59,709 bases of DNA. Source: a virus. Taxonomy: Duplodnaviria > Caudoviricetes. A program made the translations under genes and the position numbers. Location of the stretch: the IMG/VR virus record IMGVR_UViG_3300024999_000116, positions 1-59,709 of that record; one strand, written 5' to 3'. This document shows, piece by piece, positions 19,073 to 29,397 of the stretch (position 1 is its first letter; each line of letters opens with the position of its first letter). The notes beneath the pieces were generated by a model. The model searched no databases. It was given only the letters and a program-made list of their open reading frames with translations, and was not told the DNA's origin.

Positions 19073-19912
19073 ATGTCATTTACCCTAACAAATTGCAAGG
19101 CACTCGTTGACTCATGGACACAGGAGAGCGTCGATAATGCAGATCTTCTTTTATGGGGCAGAGAGTGTCTAAGAAATAATATCCCGTCAAGGCTGTGGCT
19201 AGAGAACACAAAACTATTCATGGCATCGGCAAAGAAATTCTACAGTCTGCCGAGCGACTTTGTGAGTTTGGTCAGTCTATTTACGAGTATAGGTTATCCT
19301 GCTGGACTTGCTGTAATCTCCGAAGGAACGACAGGTTCAACGGTATACGGATACCGAATAACTGCCATAAATGATGATAACGAAACAATTGCCTGCCCTG
19401 AGATTAAAACTACCTCCGGTAACGCTACGCTATCAGAAACAGACTACAATGCCCTTTCGTGGACAGCGGTAACAGGTGCATTATCCTATGCCATATATCG
19501 CACCACAGGAGGCACTACGCAAGGGTTAATCGGTACTGCAACCGAAACTACCTTCAATGATACAGGACTTGTAGGCGACGGTGAGAGCGTACCTATTGAG
19601 GATACAACAGGCATTAAATACACCAATTTCACCATTCGCAACCGCAAAATATCGTTCTATGATGCCGACACATATGCCATGTCCTACATTGCCCGTCCTG
19701 ACGTTGCCGCCATAACCGATAATGTACCTCTTATTGATGCCTGCGAGTATGCAATTGCTAAATATATTACTTCACGTTACCGCAGCGCAGAGGATTCGGA
19801 CGATGCAGATGCAAGTCGTTGGTTACAAGAATTCTATGGTTCCATTGCTGACCTGATTAATGAAAATGAACTCGATAGCAAAGATTCATTCCAGATAAAG
19901 GCGGTGTGGTGA
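19073..19912 (+). CDS. Head-tail adaptor-like protein with inserted Ig/FN3-like domain
   Basis: YSLPSDF motif, helical ends, central LSWTAVTGA..YAIYR..TFNDTG. Confidence 0.6.
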   Translation: MSFTLTNCKALVDSWTQESVDNADLLLWGRECLRNNIPSRLWLENTKLFMASAKKFYSLPSDFVSLVSLFTSIGYPAGLAVISEGTTGSTVYGYRITAINDDNETIACPEIKTTSGNATLSETDYNALSWTAVTGALSYAIYRTTGGTTQGLIGTATETTFNDTGLVGDGESVPIEDTTGIKYTNFTIRNRKISFYDADTYAMSYIARPDVAAITDNVPLIDACEYAIAKYITSRYRSAEDSDDADASRWLQEFYGSIADLINENELDSKDSFQIKAVW

Positions 19913-21384
19913 TGCCTCCTGTCATTCCGAAGCGTACCGGATCAGCAAACAAGCAGTCACTTAGTATAAAGGGTTTTCGAGGCATCAACGCCCAACATAC
20001 CAGGCAGATAGGCGAACCTTCTGCCGGTAAAAACTTCGTTGTGCAAAACAGTATATTAAGAACCAGGGATGGGTGTAGTTTAGTTACTTCCGATTTTCCT
20101 GCCGCTATCAAAAGCATACATCAAGCACCAAAAGTTGGGATGGAAACTAAACTTGTGGTTGAGGCCGGTACTACTATCTATCGCAGGACAACGGAAGCAG
20201 GGGAATGGGAGGCAATACAGTCATCGTCAACGAGTTATGGGTTTAGTAGTGTATTATGGGCTATCGTTGATGAAAACGGCAGTGTTTCAAGTAATCTATA
20301 CCTGGCCGGTGGTGGTACTAATAAGTTATATGTCTACAGTATTGATACAGGTACTATAGGTGTTTGGAGTAATATGGACCCCATTATGAGTGGCGTTATG
20401 CCGACCATGGAATTCCTTTGTAAACACGAAGGGCGTATGTTCGGTTGGGGTTTAAACTCAGCTTACCCAAACAGAATATATTTTTGCGGATATGACGAAA
20501 CCGATGCAAAAAATGTTAGTGCAGAATATTGGCCGGAGGATTTCTGGCTTGATGTTAGCGGTTCTGCTGCCGAACCTGTTTTGGATGCTATTTCATTAGA
20601 TGGATATATGCTTGTCTTAACTCCGAGAAGACACTACAGGGTTTATTTTGCTGACGAAAGCAATATCAGCATAGACGAAGTCGGGAAAATTGGTATGTAT
20701 AAAGTTAGGTGTGCGGCAAAGGTTGGTAACTACTGCCTATGGTTAACTCAGGAAGATGGCAAATTCAGAGTATACGCCTATTCCGGGAGTGAAGCGGTTC
20801 CCGTTAGTCAGAATGTAGAGGAATTGTTCTCCGATTATTCATTTACAAATGCGTTTGCTTTTGAAAATGGCGGCGAATTCTGGCTTGTGCTGCCCGGTAG
20901 TCCTACGAACAAAACAACGGTATTCGTCTATGATCTAAAGGATTGGTTTATCTATGAGTACCCGTTTGTGATTAACTGCGCCGGTGCTTTCGGTGCGGTG
21001 ACGGGCAGGGAGTATGTTCACCTTGGCCTAAACGATAACCGGATAGTTAAGTTGGATGGCAGTCTGACTGATTTAGGTACGGGTATTACCTCTGAATTAG
21101 TAATAGGTTCAATAAGTTCATTAGGCAGAAAAACAAAAATTAAGCGACTATGGTTAACTGCCGAACCTACTAATGATTTCGATATTGATGTTTACCCTAC
21201 AAGTGACCGGGGAGCAGAAGGATCTGCTATAACTGCTGAGTTTACTACTGGAGTACAGGAAACGGTTGAGGTAAAAATAGCAGGCACTAAGGGTAGAAAC
21301 AATTCACTGAGATTATCTACTACAGACAGGATAAGCGGTCTTAAAAGTGGTTCTATAACTGCGGTAGTGGGGGCGTTAAAGTAA
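19906..21384 (+). CDS. Podovirus tail nozzle/stabilisation protein (beta-propeller)
   Basis: FRGIN..LRTRDG N-terminus; ~490 aa beta-rich; position. Confidence 0.6.
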   Translation: MVMPPVIPKRTGSANKQSLSIKGFRGINAQHTRQIGEPSAGKNFVVQNSILRTRDGCSLVTSDFPAAIKSIHQAPKVGMETKLVVEAGTTIYRRTTEAGEWEAIQSSSTSYGFSSVLWAIVDENGSVSSNLYLAGGGTNKLYVYSIDTGTIGVWSNMDPIMSGVMPTMEFLCKHEGRMFGWGLNSAYPNRIYFCGYDETDAKNVSAEYWPEDFWLDVSGSAAEPVLDAISLDGYMLVLTPRRHYRVYFADESNISIDEVGKIGMYKVRCAAKVGNYCLWLTQEDGKFRVYAYSGSEAVPVSQNVEELFSDYSFTNAFAFENGGEFWLVLPGSPTNKTTVFVYDLKDWFIYEYPFVINCAGAFGAVTGREYVHLGLNDNRIVKLDGSLTDLGTGITSELVIGSISSLGRKTKIKRLWLTAEPTNDFDIDVYPTSDRGAEGSAITAEFTTGVQETVEVKIAGTKGRNNSLRLSTTDRISGLKSGSITAVVGALK

Positions 21385-22508
21385 TGAAAATACCTAAGAC
21401 GGTACAATTAAATTATGGTGATTCTCCGGGGAATAGGAATTTGATTGATGCAATAAACGGTAATATGCGTGCTATTGTTAGTTATTTGCGCCACTTGAAT
21501 ATTCCCGTACCTGATAGTGCTGGAGTTTATGAGACATTGCAAGTAGGCGATACTAAGCAGTTAACGCCAATATCAGCAACTCCGTCCGATGCAACGATAA
21601 CATATACTTCTAGTGATACCGCAATTGCAACGGTAAATTCTGGTGGTTTAGTAACAGCAGTAGCGGCAGGGGAAGTAACAATTACCATAACCGGGGCAAA
21701 GTCAGGTTCGGTTGATGGAACCGTTGATATTGATTTTGTTATTATCCCAAGTACACAAGTAAAACTGGAAATACCTGCAACTATACTGGAATTATTCTTA
21801 GCTAATAATATGGATACTATTGTAGACAAGTATGGAATAAATCCAGCGTTTGTTCGCATGTACCCTAATAAGTGCTGGAATAGTGGTTTTGAGGGTTTTA
21901 ATCCGGTAAATCTTAAACCTCACTACTGGTCAGCAGGTGTGGTAAGTCCAGTTGCTACTTTTAACGGTAATTTTAGCCTTAAACTTACTAATGGTCAGGC
22001 GTGTCAGCAAGAACAGGTTGCAGGTGTGGGAATGGCTGACCCTGCGTGGTGGTCTGAGTTCTCACCTTATACGAGGGTAGCATTTAAGGCTAAGGGTGGT
22101 CCCGTAACGGTAAGTGTACATAAACTATCTGACAACTCAACATTAACCCTAACTGACGAGAATGGGACTATAGGAACATCTATAACCTATGCCTCTGCAT
22201 CTGATTGGTCTGTAGGTCATAGGACATTTAGGGTGGATACATCCGTAACTCCCGGTAAGATATATGTTAAATTTACAGCAGGCGGTACGGTTTACATTGA
22301 TGATGTGGACATAACCCCTGACTTTACGGGTAAGTGGCCTATGCTTTATCAAGATGGGCCTAAGTCTTTAGGTGTGGGTGCGGTGTCTTTTAATCCGGTG
22401 ACGGGAGGGGTGGTGTTAATTCATCCGGTAGGTGTAATACCTGTAGTAATTTTTAATAACGCTTATGATGTACCTGTAGGTAAAAGTACATTTACATTAG
22501 TAAGTTAG
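21384..22508 (+). CDS. Tail protein with Big_2 Ig-like domain
   Basis: LQVGDTKQL..ITYTSSDTAIATVNSGGLVTAVAAGEVTIT. Confidence 0.7.
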   Translation: MKIPKTVQLNYGDSPGNRNLIDAINGNMRAIVSYLRHLNIPVPDSAGVYETLQVGDTKQLTPISATPSDATITYTSSDTAIATVNSGGLVTAVAAGEVTITITGAKSGSVDGTVDIDFVIIPSTQVKLEIPATILELFLANNMDTIVDKYGINPAFVRMYPNKCWNSGFEGFNPVNLKPHYWSAGVVSPVATFNGNFSLKLTNGQACQQEQVAGVGMADPAWWSEFSPYTRVAFKAKGGPVTVSVHKLSDNSTLTLTDENGTIGTSITYASASDWSVGHRTFRVDTSVTPGKIYVKFTAGGTVYIDDVDITPDFTGKWPMLYQDGPKSLGVGAVSFNPVTGGVVLIHPVGVIPVVIFNNAYDVPVGKSTFTLVS

Positions 22509-22518
22509 GGGTGGTTTA

Positions 22519-23169
22519 ATGGCTGCAAGGTCGGCTCTTTTGGCGGGAACGGGTACGGGTTGGACACTGGCAAATTCCCTTCTCGCAGTAATGATAGACT
22601 TTATCTTAGTTAACCCTGAGTTTTCTCTTATAAGTGATACGGGAATGAGTACCACAGCAACAAGGGCAATAATTATACAGTGCGGTACAAGTCAGCATTA
22701 TCTAAAGTTTTATACTTCGGAAACTTCTATATTTATCGCTACTATGGATATAGCAAATTCATCAGCACTAGGTACAAAAGAGTCAACGGTAGCACTAATT
22801 AACGCCACATGGTTTTACGCTTACGAGGGTACGTATAATTTCCTATGTAGATCGACTGGATATGCTGGCACATTCGCTAGTTATACGATTACGGATGATA
22901 GTAGGTATTGGCTAGATAACACTTATGAGCCTACATCTGACACTACCGCTACACTTGAAATGCCTTACTTCACTAAGAAAGTAGTTGACGGTGCATTACT
23001 TACGATACAACCGAGACTTCATATGGCAGGCACTTATGTAGTCGGGGCGTGTCAGGAGTTATATGCCGTACCCACGACCATAGACGGGTTTGTGTATCCT
23101 AACGTAATAACGGATGGCACTAATCAATATCTCGTTTTGCAGGCTAATTTAATTTTTAAACTATCTTAA
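22519..23169 (+). CDS. Putative tail protein
   Basis: Structural operon position. Confidence 0.45.
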   Translation: MAARSALLAGTGTGWTLANSLLAVMIDFILVNPEFSLISDTGMSTTATRAIIIQCGTSQHYLKFYTSETSIFIATMDIANSSALGTKESTVALINATWFYAYEGTYNFLCRSTGYAGTFASYTITDDSRYWLDNTYEPTSDTTATLEMPYFTKKVVDGALLTIQPRLHMAGTYVVGACQELYAVPTTIDGFVYPNVITDGTNQYLVLQANLIFKLS

Positions 23170-23181
23170 AGAGGTGATGGT

Positions 23182-24594
23182 ATGGCTCAACAATGGATTC
23201 GCAATTTATTCCCTAACGCACAGTGGAACGCACAGGACAGAACAATCGGTTTGCCGGGAGGCGTAACTCTCCGAGAGGGACAAGGGTTTACTATCGGAGC
23301 AGACAACAAAGCTATGGTAGACGGTCCTAATTCGCTTGTCAGTCCCTATCTAAGCGCACCTAAAGCACAAGTAGACCCTACAAAGTTTGGTCAATACTAT
23401 GGCATGGGAGAGCAGTTATATGGTGGTTTGCGTGATGCAAGGCTAAATTCCCTACAAACTGAAACTGGTAATAAGCGCACTCAGTTGGGATTAAATTATA
23501 AAGATTCGATGGATACAACCAGGGAGAATGAAGGTAAGTCCCTCATGGGTCTTTCTGCAAGTATCGCAAATCGAGGCATGGGTAGTAGTGGTGTAGCAAA
23601 TTATCAAAGAAAACAGATGCAAGGCGAGTACGATAAGAAGTATGACTTTATCGGCAAAAACAGGGACGAACAAATGGCCGGTTTAGCCAGCTCAGAACTT
23701 GCAGCACAGAAGGAACTCGATGCACAGTTACAGAATCAGTCGTTTCTGTATGCTCAGGGACTAATGGACAGGGACTTAAATTCTGAGCAACAGACACGGA
23801 ATAATATGGTTAATTATCTACAGGGATTAGCTGAACGTGGGGATAGTTTAGATCAACAACAATGGCAGAGGGGCGTTACTGAGGCCGGATTGACGGGTAA
23901 TTACAACGGACAAAATACAATATCGGCACGTAGCGTACTTGCAGGATTAAGCGGCATTGACCCGACGACAAAGCAATACACTTTAACAGGTAGAAGTACC
24001 TTGTCCGGCATAACCGGAGTAGACCCGGCGACAGGACAGGCGACATATGATGCTAGAAATGCCGACAGGGAGTATGCGTTACGGAGAGACTTGAATAATG
24101 CACAAGTAAGAGGTAGTACCGCAGGAGAGAGACAAAACGCCGCTACTGCTGACCTACTTAATAAGGCGGTTGGTCGATACAAAGAGAATATGCAAAAAAG
24201 CTTGAAGTATCCCGGTTATTATACAGTTAGTTCTTTGTTGAGCGATCCTGAGTGGATGGTTGCGGCGAAGAAGTCAGGCGCAAATAGTAAGGATGCTATT
24301 GATATGTTACTGACATCTATTGGGACAACTCCTGCTGAATTCTTCACTGGGGAAACTGCTAAGTTATTGCCGCTATATAATCAATTGGGCGGCGGTGCAT
24401 CAATCAAGGAAGATAAGGAACAGGTAAGAAATAATGCTTTAGGAAGTGCATATCAAACAATAGATAACGCATACCAACAAGGAATGTCACCAGCAGAAAT
24501 CAAGCAAATGGTTCGTTCCGATGCTGCAAGTTTGGCTCAATATGGAATTAAGGTTCAAGATGTTTTGGATTACGTTGATAATTATAATTACTAG
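23182..24594 (+). CDS. Putative internal virion/ejection protein
   Basis: Helical, Q/G-rich; ANRGMGSSG and EAGLTGNYNG motifs; podovirus position. Confidence 0.55.
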   Translation: MAQQWIRNLFPNAQWNAQDRTIGLPGGVTLREGQGFTIGADNKAMVDGPNSLVSPYLSAPKAQVDPTKFGQYYGMGEQLYGGLRDARLNSLQTETGNKRTQLGLNYKDSMDTTRENEGKSLMGLSASIANRGMGSSGVANYQRKQMQGEYDKKYDFIGKNRDEQMAGLASSELAAQKELDAQLQNQSFLYAQGLMDRDLNSEQQTRNNMVNYLQGLAERGDSLDQQQWQRGVTEAGLTGNYNGQNTISARSVLAGLSGIDPTTKQYTLTGRSTLSGITGVDPATGQATYDARNADREYALRRDLNNAQVRGSTAGERQNAATADLLNKAVGRYKENMQKSLKYPGYYTVSSLLSDPEWMVAAKKSGANSKDAIDMLLTSIGTTPAEFFTGETAKLLPLYNQLGGGASIKEDKEQVRNNALGSAYQTIDNAYQQGMSPAEIKQMVRSDAASLAQYGIKVQDVLDYVDNYNY

Positions 24595-24607
24595 GTGGGG
24601 TGATTAG

Positions 24608-27600
24608 ATGGGTTTTTTTGGAGATTTAGGCGGTAGTAAAAAAGCCAGCAATTCACCTTCCGCAACAAGGTCAAGTAGAGGATTTTTTGATTTTGACGAG
24701 AACGGAAACATTGCAGGACAGGGGCTGGCAGCAATGCCAGTCGCCCCAAAATCTCCTGCAGTTAATAATGATATGGGAAAAAGTGCATATTTTAGACTAG
24801 ATGAAAAATTAGGTGGACGCTTACCTTTTGGTTCGGAAGGACCCTCTTTATCGGATGTTGGTAAAGATATTATAAATCTTCCTAGTATAATAAATAATGC
24901 AGGTAGACAAGCAATGACATTTGGCCAATATAATAAATTCGAGGATTGGCTTGACGAAAAACTAGGTAACACAGGCGCAACGAAAGAAATGAGAGAAAAA
25001 CAAGAACCTAAGTCTTTAGTTGGTGACTTAGGGAATTTAGTCGGTTTTGTTTCCGGTTCAACAATTCCCATTGGTGGCATTGGAAAATTGGTTGATAGGG
25101 GATTAAGACTTGCTCCTGCTACATCAACATTGGGAAAATTGGGCCAAGCGGCATTAAAAAGCGGAACGGCAGGAGGCATTTATGGTGGTACAGAAGCAAC
25201 GCTAAATGGCGAATCTTTGCCTGACATAGCCAAGTTAGCGGCGACAGATGCCGCTATATTTGCAGGTGGTGACGTTGCTCTAAGAGGTGCAGGACAACTA
25301 ATAAGCAAGCTAAGAAAAACGCCGCCACCTGTTGCTGCTCCCAACACGGCAGAATCATTTAGAGAAAAAGTTAGTCGTGATACTGAAAAAAAAGGTACCT
25401 TCTCTGAAAAGGTAGATAAGTTTAATACTCAGTTTATAGACGATTTAGCACCCGCCGAAAAGGTTGAGAAGAATGTTAGGGGCAAGTTGTCTAGTGCAGA
25501 AAATAGCCTTTATAAAACAGCAAGACTATTTAGAGGATCACCTACCAGAGCAAATAATATTATACAGAAGCAACTGAAACCTACAATTGAGAGTATTGAA
25601 AGCCAAGGATTTACTACTTCTGACTTGGGCGACTACGCTTTGGCACATCACGCAAAAGACGTTAATGCCGCAGGAATTAAGTCTGGATTTACGGATGATG
25701 AAATTAATGCAGTTATAACCAAATACGGAACTCCAGAAATGGAGGCGGCGAGACAGGAGTTACTTAAATATAACGACATACTGTTAGACGAACTAGCTAC
25801 AACAGGTGTTATTGATGCAACATTGCCAGCAACACTAAAGGCTAAATGGTCAAACTATATGCCCCTTTTTAGAAGTTTTGACGATAATAAAGTTGACTTT
25901 ACTAATGGTCTAGGAAGTTCACTTGTAAATGCTACTTCGCCAATTAAAAGTTTAAAGGGTTCCAGTAGAAAAGTTATCGACCCATTAGAATCATTAATTA
26001 AAAACACATACCAAAGTATCAATGCCGCAGAGAGAAATAAGGTATCCCTACAAGTAGCAAAACTGGCACTTGATGATACTACCGGAACATTCGTTAAAAG
26101 ATTAGCACCTGGGGCAAATAAAGATAGACTTAATACTGTCTATCTTTTAGAAAACGGTAAAAAGATTTTTTTCGAGGTACAACCTGACGTTTATAAAGCA
26201 CTGAAGTCTCTTGATAAAGAGAGTAGTAACTTTTTAGTTCGACTATTACAGAAACCTGCATCATTATTAAGGGCAGGTGCTACTCTGACACCTGAGTTTA
26301 GTTTTAGAAACCCTGTGCGTGATGTTGTTTCAGCGTTCGTTACTTCTAAATCAGGATTTAACCCTATAACTGATTTTCCGGTTGCTTTTTTTGAGGCACT
26401 AACCAAGGGTAAGGGTATTAATGTTAAAGGAGTTGGAATTGTTAAGCCAAAAGGACTATATGATAATTTTTTAGCCGATAATGGCGGTTATGGCAACATA
26501 CTTTCTATGGATAGAAAACTGCAACAACAGGCACTAAAGGAAATTAGTAAAGGGACGATTAAGGACAAATTCGTCGATATTGCAAGTGGAAAGTCTCTAA
26601 TAAAAGTGCTTAGGGGAATTGCCGATACCACAGAAACAGCAACTAAATTAGGCGAGTATAGGGCGGCACTCAGAAGTGTGGTAAGTAGACCTGAGGCGGC
26701 GTATAGAGCGAGAGACGTTATGGACTTCTCTCGTGCCGGAAGTTCTGTTCGTGAGGCTAATAAAATTGTTGCTTTTCTAAATGCAAACATTCAAGGTAAG
26801 TCGAAACTTATTAGAGCGTTCAAGGAAAATCCAACTGGTTTTACTGCTAAAGCGATAACTTCTATCTCATTGCCAACTGTCGGAGTCTATTTGATGCAGA
26901 AAAATATGGCTAACGATAAGCAGAAGGAATTAATCGCAGATGCCCCCAACTGGCTTAAAAGTAGTTTTTGGCTAATGCCTATACCTGGAACCGATCAGGT
27001 AGCAAGGATACCTAAACCGTTTGACCTAGCACCTGTTTTTGCTAACTCAGTTGAACGGATGATGAAATATGTTGAGGATAACGATCCGGATGCTTTTGAT
27101 GGATATATCAGGGAAACATTCGGAACAATGTCTATACCAACCATGATTACCGGCATAATACCGTTAATTGAGGGTATGGCAAACTATTCATTCTTCCGTC
27201 AAGGACCAATTATACCGCAACGAGAACAGTTTATTAATTTCTCAGACCAGTACGATACTAACACCTCCGAGGTAGCAAAAAAAATAGGAAAAGAAATAGA
27301 CAGTGTGACGGGTGGCGAAGGTACGTTTAAAAACTTCGGTTCCCCACGTATTATTGATAACACTATTCGCGGACTTACTGCTGGACTTGGTTCGCTTGCT
27401 ACCGGCGCAATGGATCAGATACTAGAAAGTACAGGAATGGTTGACGAAAAAAACAAACCAACCAGAAAACCGAGCGAGTTGCCGATAGTTAAAGCATTAT
27501 TGGTTAGCGATACAGGAAGTGGTCAGTCAATGACAGACTTATATAAGTTAAGAGATAAACTTATGCGAGAAAAAGGTTCTGCTGAAATAGGGAAAAACTC

Positions 27601-27799
27601 TTTTAAAGGCAAGGCAGAATTAAGGTTTGTAACGAAGGCAACGGACGATATAGGAAAAATTACTAAGATTATGCGACAAGTTGAAAACAACCCCAAAATC
27701 AATAGTGACATTAAGCGAAAGAGGTTGGACGAATTGAATAAGCGGAGAAATACTATAGCATCAAGTGTAATGGAACGCATTAATTCGGCTAAAAAATAA
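24608..27799 (+). CDS. Large ejection/polyvalent protein with C-terminal LPD38-like domain
   Basis: RNPVRD, DFSRAG..AFLNANIQG, FWLMPIP..RIPKPFDL, NYSFFRQGPIIP. Confidence 0.7.
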   Translation: MGFFGDLGGSKKASNSPSATRSSRGFFDFDENGNIAGQGLAAMPVAPKSPAVNNDMGKSAYFRLDEKLGGRLPFGSEGPSLSDVGKDIINLPSIINNAGRQAMTFGQYNKFEDWLDEKLGNTGATKEMREKQEPKSLVGDLGNLVGFVSGSTIPIGGIGKLVDRGLRLAPATSTLGKLGQAALKSGTAGGIYGGTEATLNGESLPDIAKLAATDAAIFAGGDVALRGAGQLISKLRKTPPPVAAPNTAESFREKVSRDTEKKGTFSEKVDKFNTQFIDDLAPAEKVEKNVRGKLSSAENSLYKTARLFRGSPTRANNIIQKQLKPTIESIESQGFTTSDLGDYALAHHAKDVNAAGIKSGFTDDEINAVITKYGTPEMEAARQELLKYNDILLDELATTGVIDATLPATLKAKWSNYMPLFRSFDDNKVDFTNGLGSSLVNATSPIKSLKGSSRKVIDPLESLIKNTYQSINAAERNKVSLQVAKLALDDTTGTFVKRLAPGANKDRLNTVYLLENGKKIFFEVQPDVYKALKSLDKESSNFLVRLLQKPASLLRAGATLTPEFSFRNPVRDVVSAFVTSKSGFNPITDFPVAFFEALTKGKGINVKGVGIVKPKGLYDNFLADNGGYGNILSMDRKLQQQALKEISKGTIKDKFVDIASGKSLIKVLRGIADTTETATKLGEYRAALRSVVSRPEAAYRARDVMDFSRAGSSVREANKIVAFLNANIQGKSKLIRAFKENPTGFTAKAITSISLPTVGVYLMQKNMANDKQKELIADAPNWLKSSFWLMPIPGTDQVARIPKPFDLAPVFANSVERMMKYVEDNDPDAFDGYIRETFGTMSIPTMITGIIPLIEGMANYSFFRQGPIIPQREQFINFSDQYDTNTSEVAKKIGKEIDSVTGGEGTFKNFGSPRIIDNTIRGLTAGLGSLATGAMDQILESTGMVDEKNKPTRKPSELPIVKALLVSDTGSGQSMTDLYKLRDKLMREKGSAEIGKNSFKGKAELRFVTKATDDIGKITKIMRQVENNPKINSDIKRKRLDELNKRRNTIASSVMERINSAKK

Positions 27800-27809
27800 A
27801 GGGAACCAC

Positions 27810-28019
27810 TTAGTAGGGTGGTTCCTCATCCTCTTTTAAAAGTATACATTTAGGTGGATGGTTTGCCCACCAATAACCGCCATAACCAACCGAACCAAGG
27901 ACAAATAATAACCATAGCGGTTTGTCGGGGATTACGATAAAAGCCACCATACTACCAAAGCACATTGTAAAAATTGTGTAGATAAATGCCCAACGTAGAA
28001 TTTTAATCATCAATAACAT
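27810..28019 (-). CDS. Small two-TM membrane protein
   Basis: Hydrophobic; GGAGG RBS; co-oriented with the Xre gene. Confidence 0.5.
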   Translation of the reverse strand: MLLMIKILRWAFIYTIFTMCFGSMVAFIVIPDKPLWLLFVLGSVGYGGYWWANHPPKCILLKEDEEPPY

Positions 28020-28029
28020 TCAACCTCCC

Positions 28030-28233
28030 TTAATTTTTATCAACAAACTCCAATATTTCTCCTGGGTTACATTCTAATGCAAAGCATAGACGCTCTATAA
28101 CTTCCAGGGAAACATATTGATTTGTGTTTAATTTGGCCATAGTACCGCCAGATATTTTAGCTTGTTTCATTATATCTTGTTTCTTTATATTTCTATCAAT
28201 CAGTATTTTTTGAAATAGTTTATAACTAACCAT
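28030..28233 (-). CDS. Xre/Cro-C1 HTH regulator (HTH_26-like)
   Basis: MVSYKLFQKILIDR..VSLEVIERLCFALECNPGEILEF. Confidence 0.85.
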   Translation of the reverse strand: MVSYKLFQKILIDRNIKKQDIMKQAKISGGTMAKLNTNQYVSLEVIERLCFALECNPGEILEFVDKN

Positions 28234-28322
28234 TGTGAATGTACCTCCTAAAACATATTATTCTATCTTATATATTTATATTAGTATATCAAAAAATATT
28301 TGACAAAACAAATATAATTTCA

Positions 28323-28350
28323 TTGACTTGTAAATTCAATATGTTATAAT
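28323..28350 (+). promoter_or_regulatory. sigma-A promoter of the RAMP-HNH-array operon
   Basis: TTGACT-16-TATAAT with extended TG. Confidence 0.6.
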
Positions 28351-28390
28351 AATATATAAGATGTTATAGATTGTATATAGGAGGTTGGGC

Positions 28391-29023
28391 ATGGGCAAAA
28401 ACATTTTAACGGCAACAATCGAAATAAAAGGAATTAGACCTCTGTTATGGCATGTATTTGGTCCTGATTCTCTGCCGCTTGAAAAACAGGAGAGGACAGG
28501 AGTTGCCGGACACGATCCGGAGGAATGGCGCAAAACTTATGTAGCAACCAAGAGTGGACAACTATATTTGCCTGGTTCTTATTTTTTCGGAACCTATATT
28601 GCAGGTGCTAAGTTTATTAAGAAGGGTAAGGGTTCAATTCAAAGCATGGTATCAGCAACATTGCAGGTACTCGATGATAAGGTTTTGATTAACAGACACC
28701 TACCGGAAGATATTCACGAAAAACCGCATAAGTATTACAATGCTGACGAAGAATTGGTTTATATTGACGTTCGCTCAGTACGTAATCCGTCAACCAAGGC
28801 AAGAAACATTCGTTATCGCGTTGCAACTTGTCATGGATGGGAATGTAAATTTTCGATAATGTTTGACAAGACGGTTGTTAGTCGCCAGGAAATGCACGCA
28901 GCCATTATTGATGCAGGTAAGTTATCCGGCATTGGTGATGGTCGCTCTGTGGGATACGGAAGGTTTGAAGTGTTATCTTTTGAAATACAGGAGGAAGATA
29001 ATGCCAAGGAAAAGACCTCCTAA
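28391..29023 (+). CDS. Stand-alone Cas7/RAMP-superfamily protein (Vipr-like)
   Basis: ATG 28391 after GGAGG. First strand ATIEIKGIRPLL, LYLPGSYFFG (cf. RAMP YIPGSSxKG), and C-terminal Gly-rich loop GIGDGRSVGYGRFEV. Confidence 0.8.
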   Translation: MGKNILTATIEIKGIRPLLWHVFGPDSLPLEKQERTGVAGHDPEEWRKTYVATKSGQLYLPGSYFFGTYIAGAKFIKKGKGSIQSMVSATLQVLDDKVLINRHLPEDIHEKPHKYYNADEELVYIDVRSVRNPSTKARNIRYRVATCHGWECKFSIMFDKTVVSRQEMHAAIIDAGKLSGIGDGRSVGYGRFEVLSFEIQEEDNAKEKTS

Positions 29024-29291
29024 AGAAATATGGCAAAAGTTAAGGATAATAGTCTGGAATCGTGACGGAGGTAAATGTAAACACTGTCACGAACCAGTTG
29101 ACTTAAATAAATGTCACATAGATCATATTCGTTCTGGTAAACTAGGAACCAATAAACTAAACAATCTTAGAACTCTATGTCGTTGCTGTCATGTTTTGCG
29201 TGATGATGGGCGGCATAGGGGGATGATTAGTAAAGCACTTAAGGATGGTATTATTCCTCCGAATTGGCGGGAGTTAGTTTGGGGTGATTAA
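29001..29291 (+). CDS. HNH endonuclease translationally coupled to the RAMP gene
   Basis: ATG 29001 after AGGAGG; RDGGKCKHC..HIDHI..GTNKLNNLRTLCRCCH. Confidence 0.85.
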   Translation: MPRKRPPKEIWQKLRIIVWNRDGGKCKHCHEPVDLNKCHIDHIRSGKLGTNKLNNLRTLCRCCHVLRDDGRHRGMISKALKDGIIPPNWRELVWGD

Positions 29292-29300
29292 TATATATGC

Positions 29301-29395
29301 GGCGGGGACTGATTTGGAGTGGAGAGATATGTTTAGGTGTGGTGAGTTGGGGACCGGCGTGGTGCGGTTAGGTAGGGCGAGGTAAGATAGGACGA
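29301..29395 (+). repeat. Phased pentamer array 1 (19 units, G(G)H-NN): putative guide RNA
   Basis: ggcgg ggact gattt ggagt ggaga gatat gttta ggtgt ggtga gttgg ggacc ggcgt ggtgc ggtta ggtag ggcga ggtaa gatag gacga; 19/19 start with G, 13/19 with GG. Confidence 0.85.
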
Positions 29396-29397
29396 TA

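Noticed and set aside
14737-23169. Diversity-generating retroelement acting on fibre genes
   Set aside because: No reverse transcriptase and no template/variable repeat pair seen.
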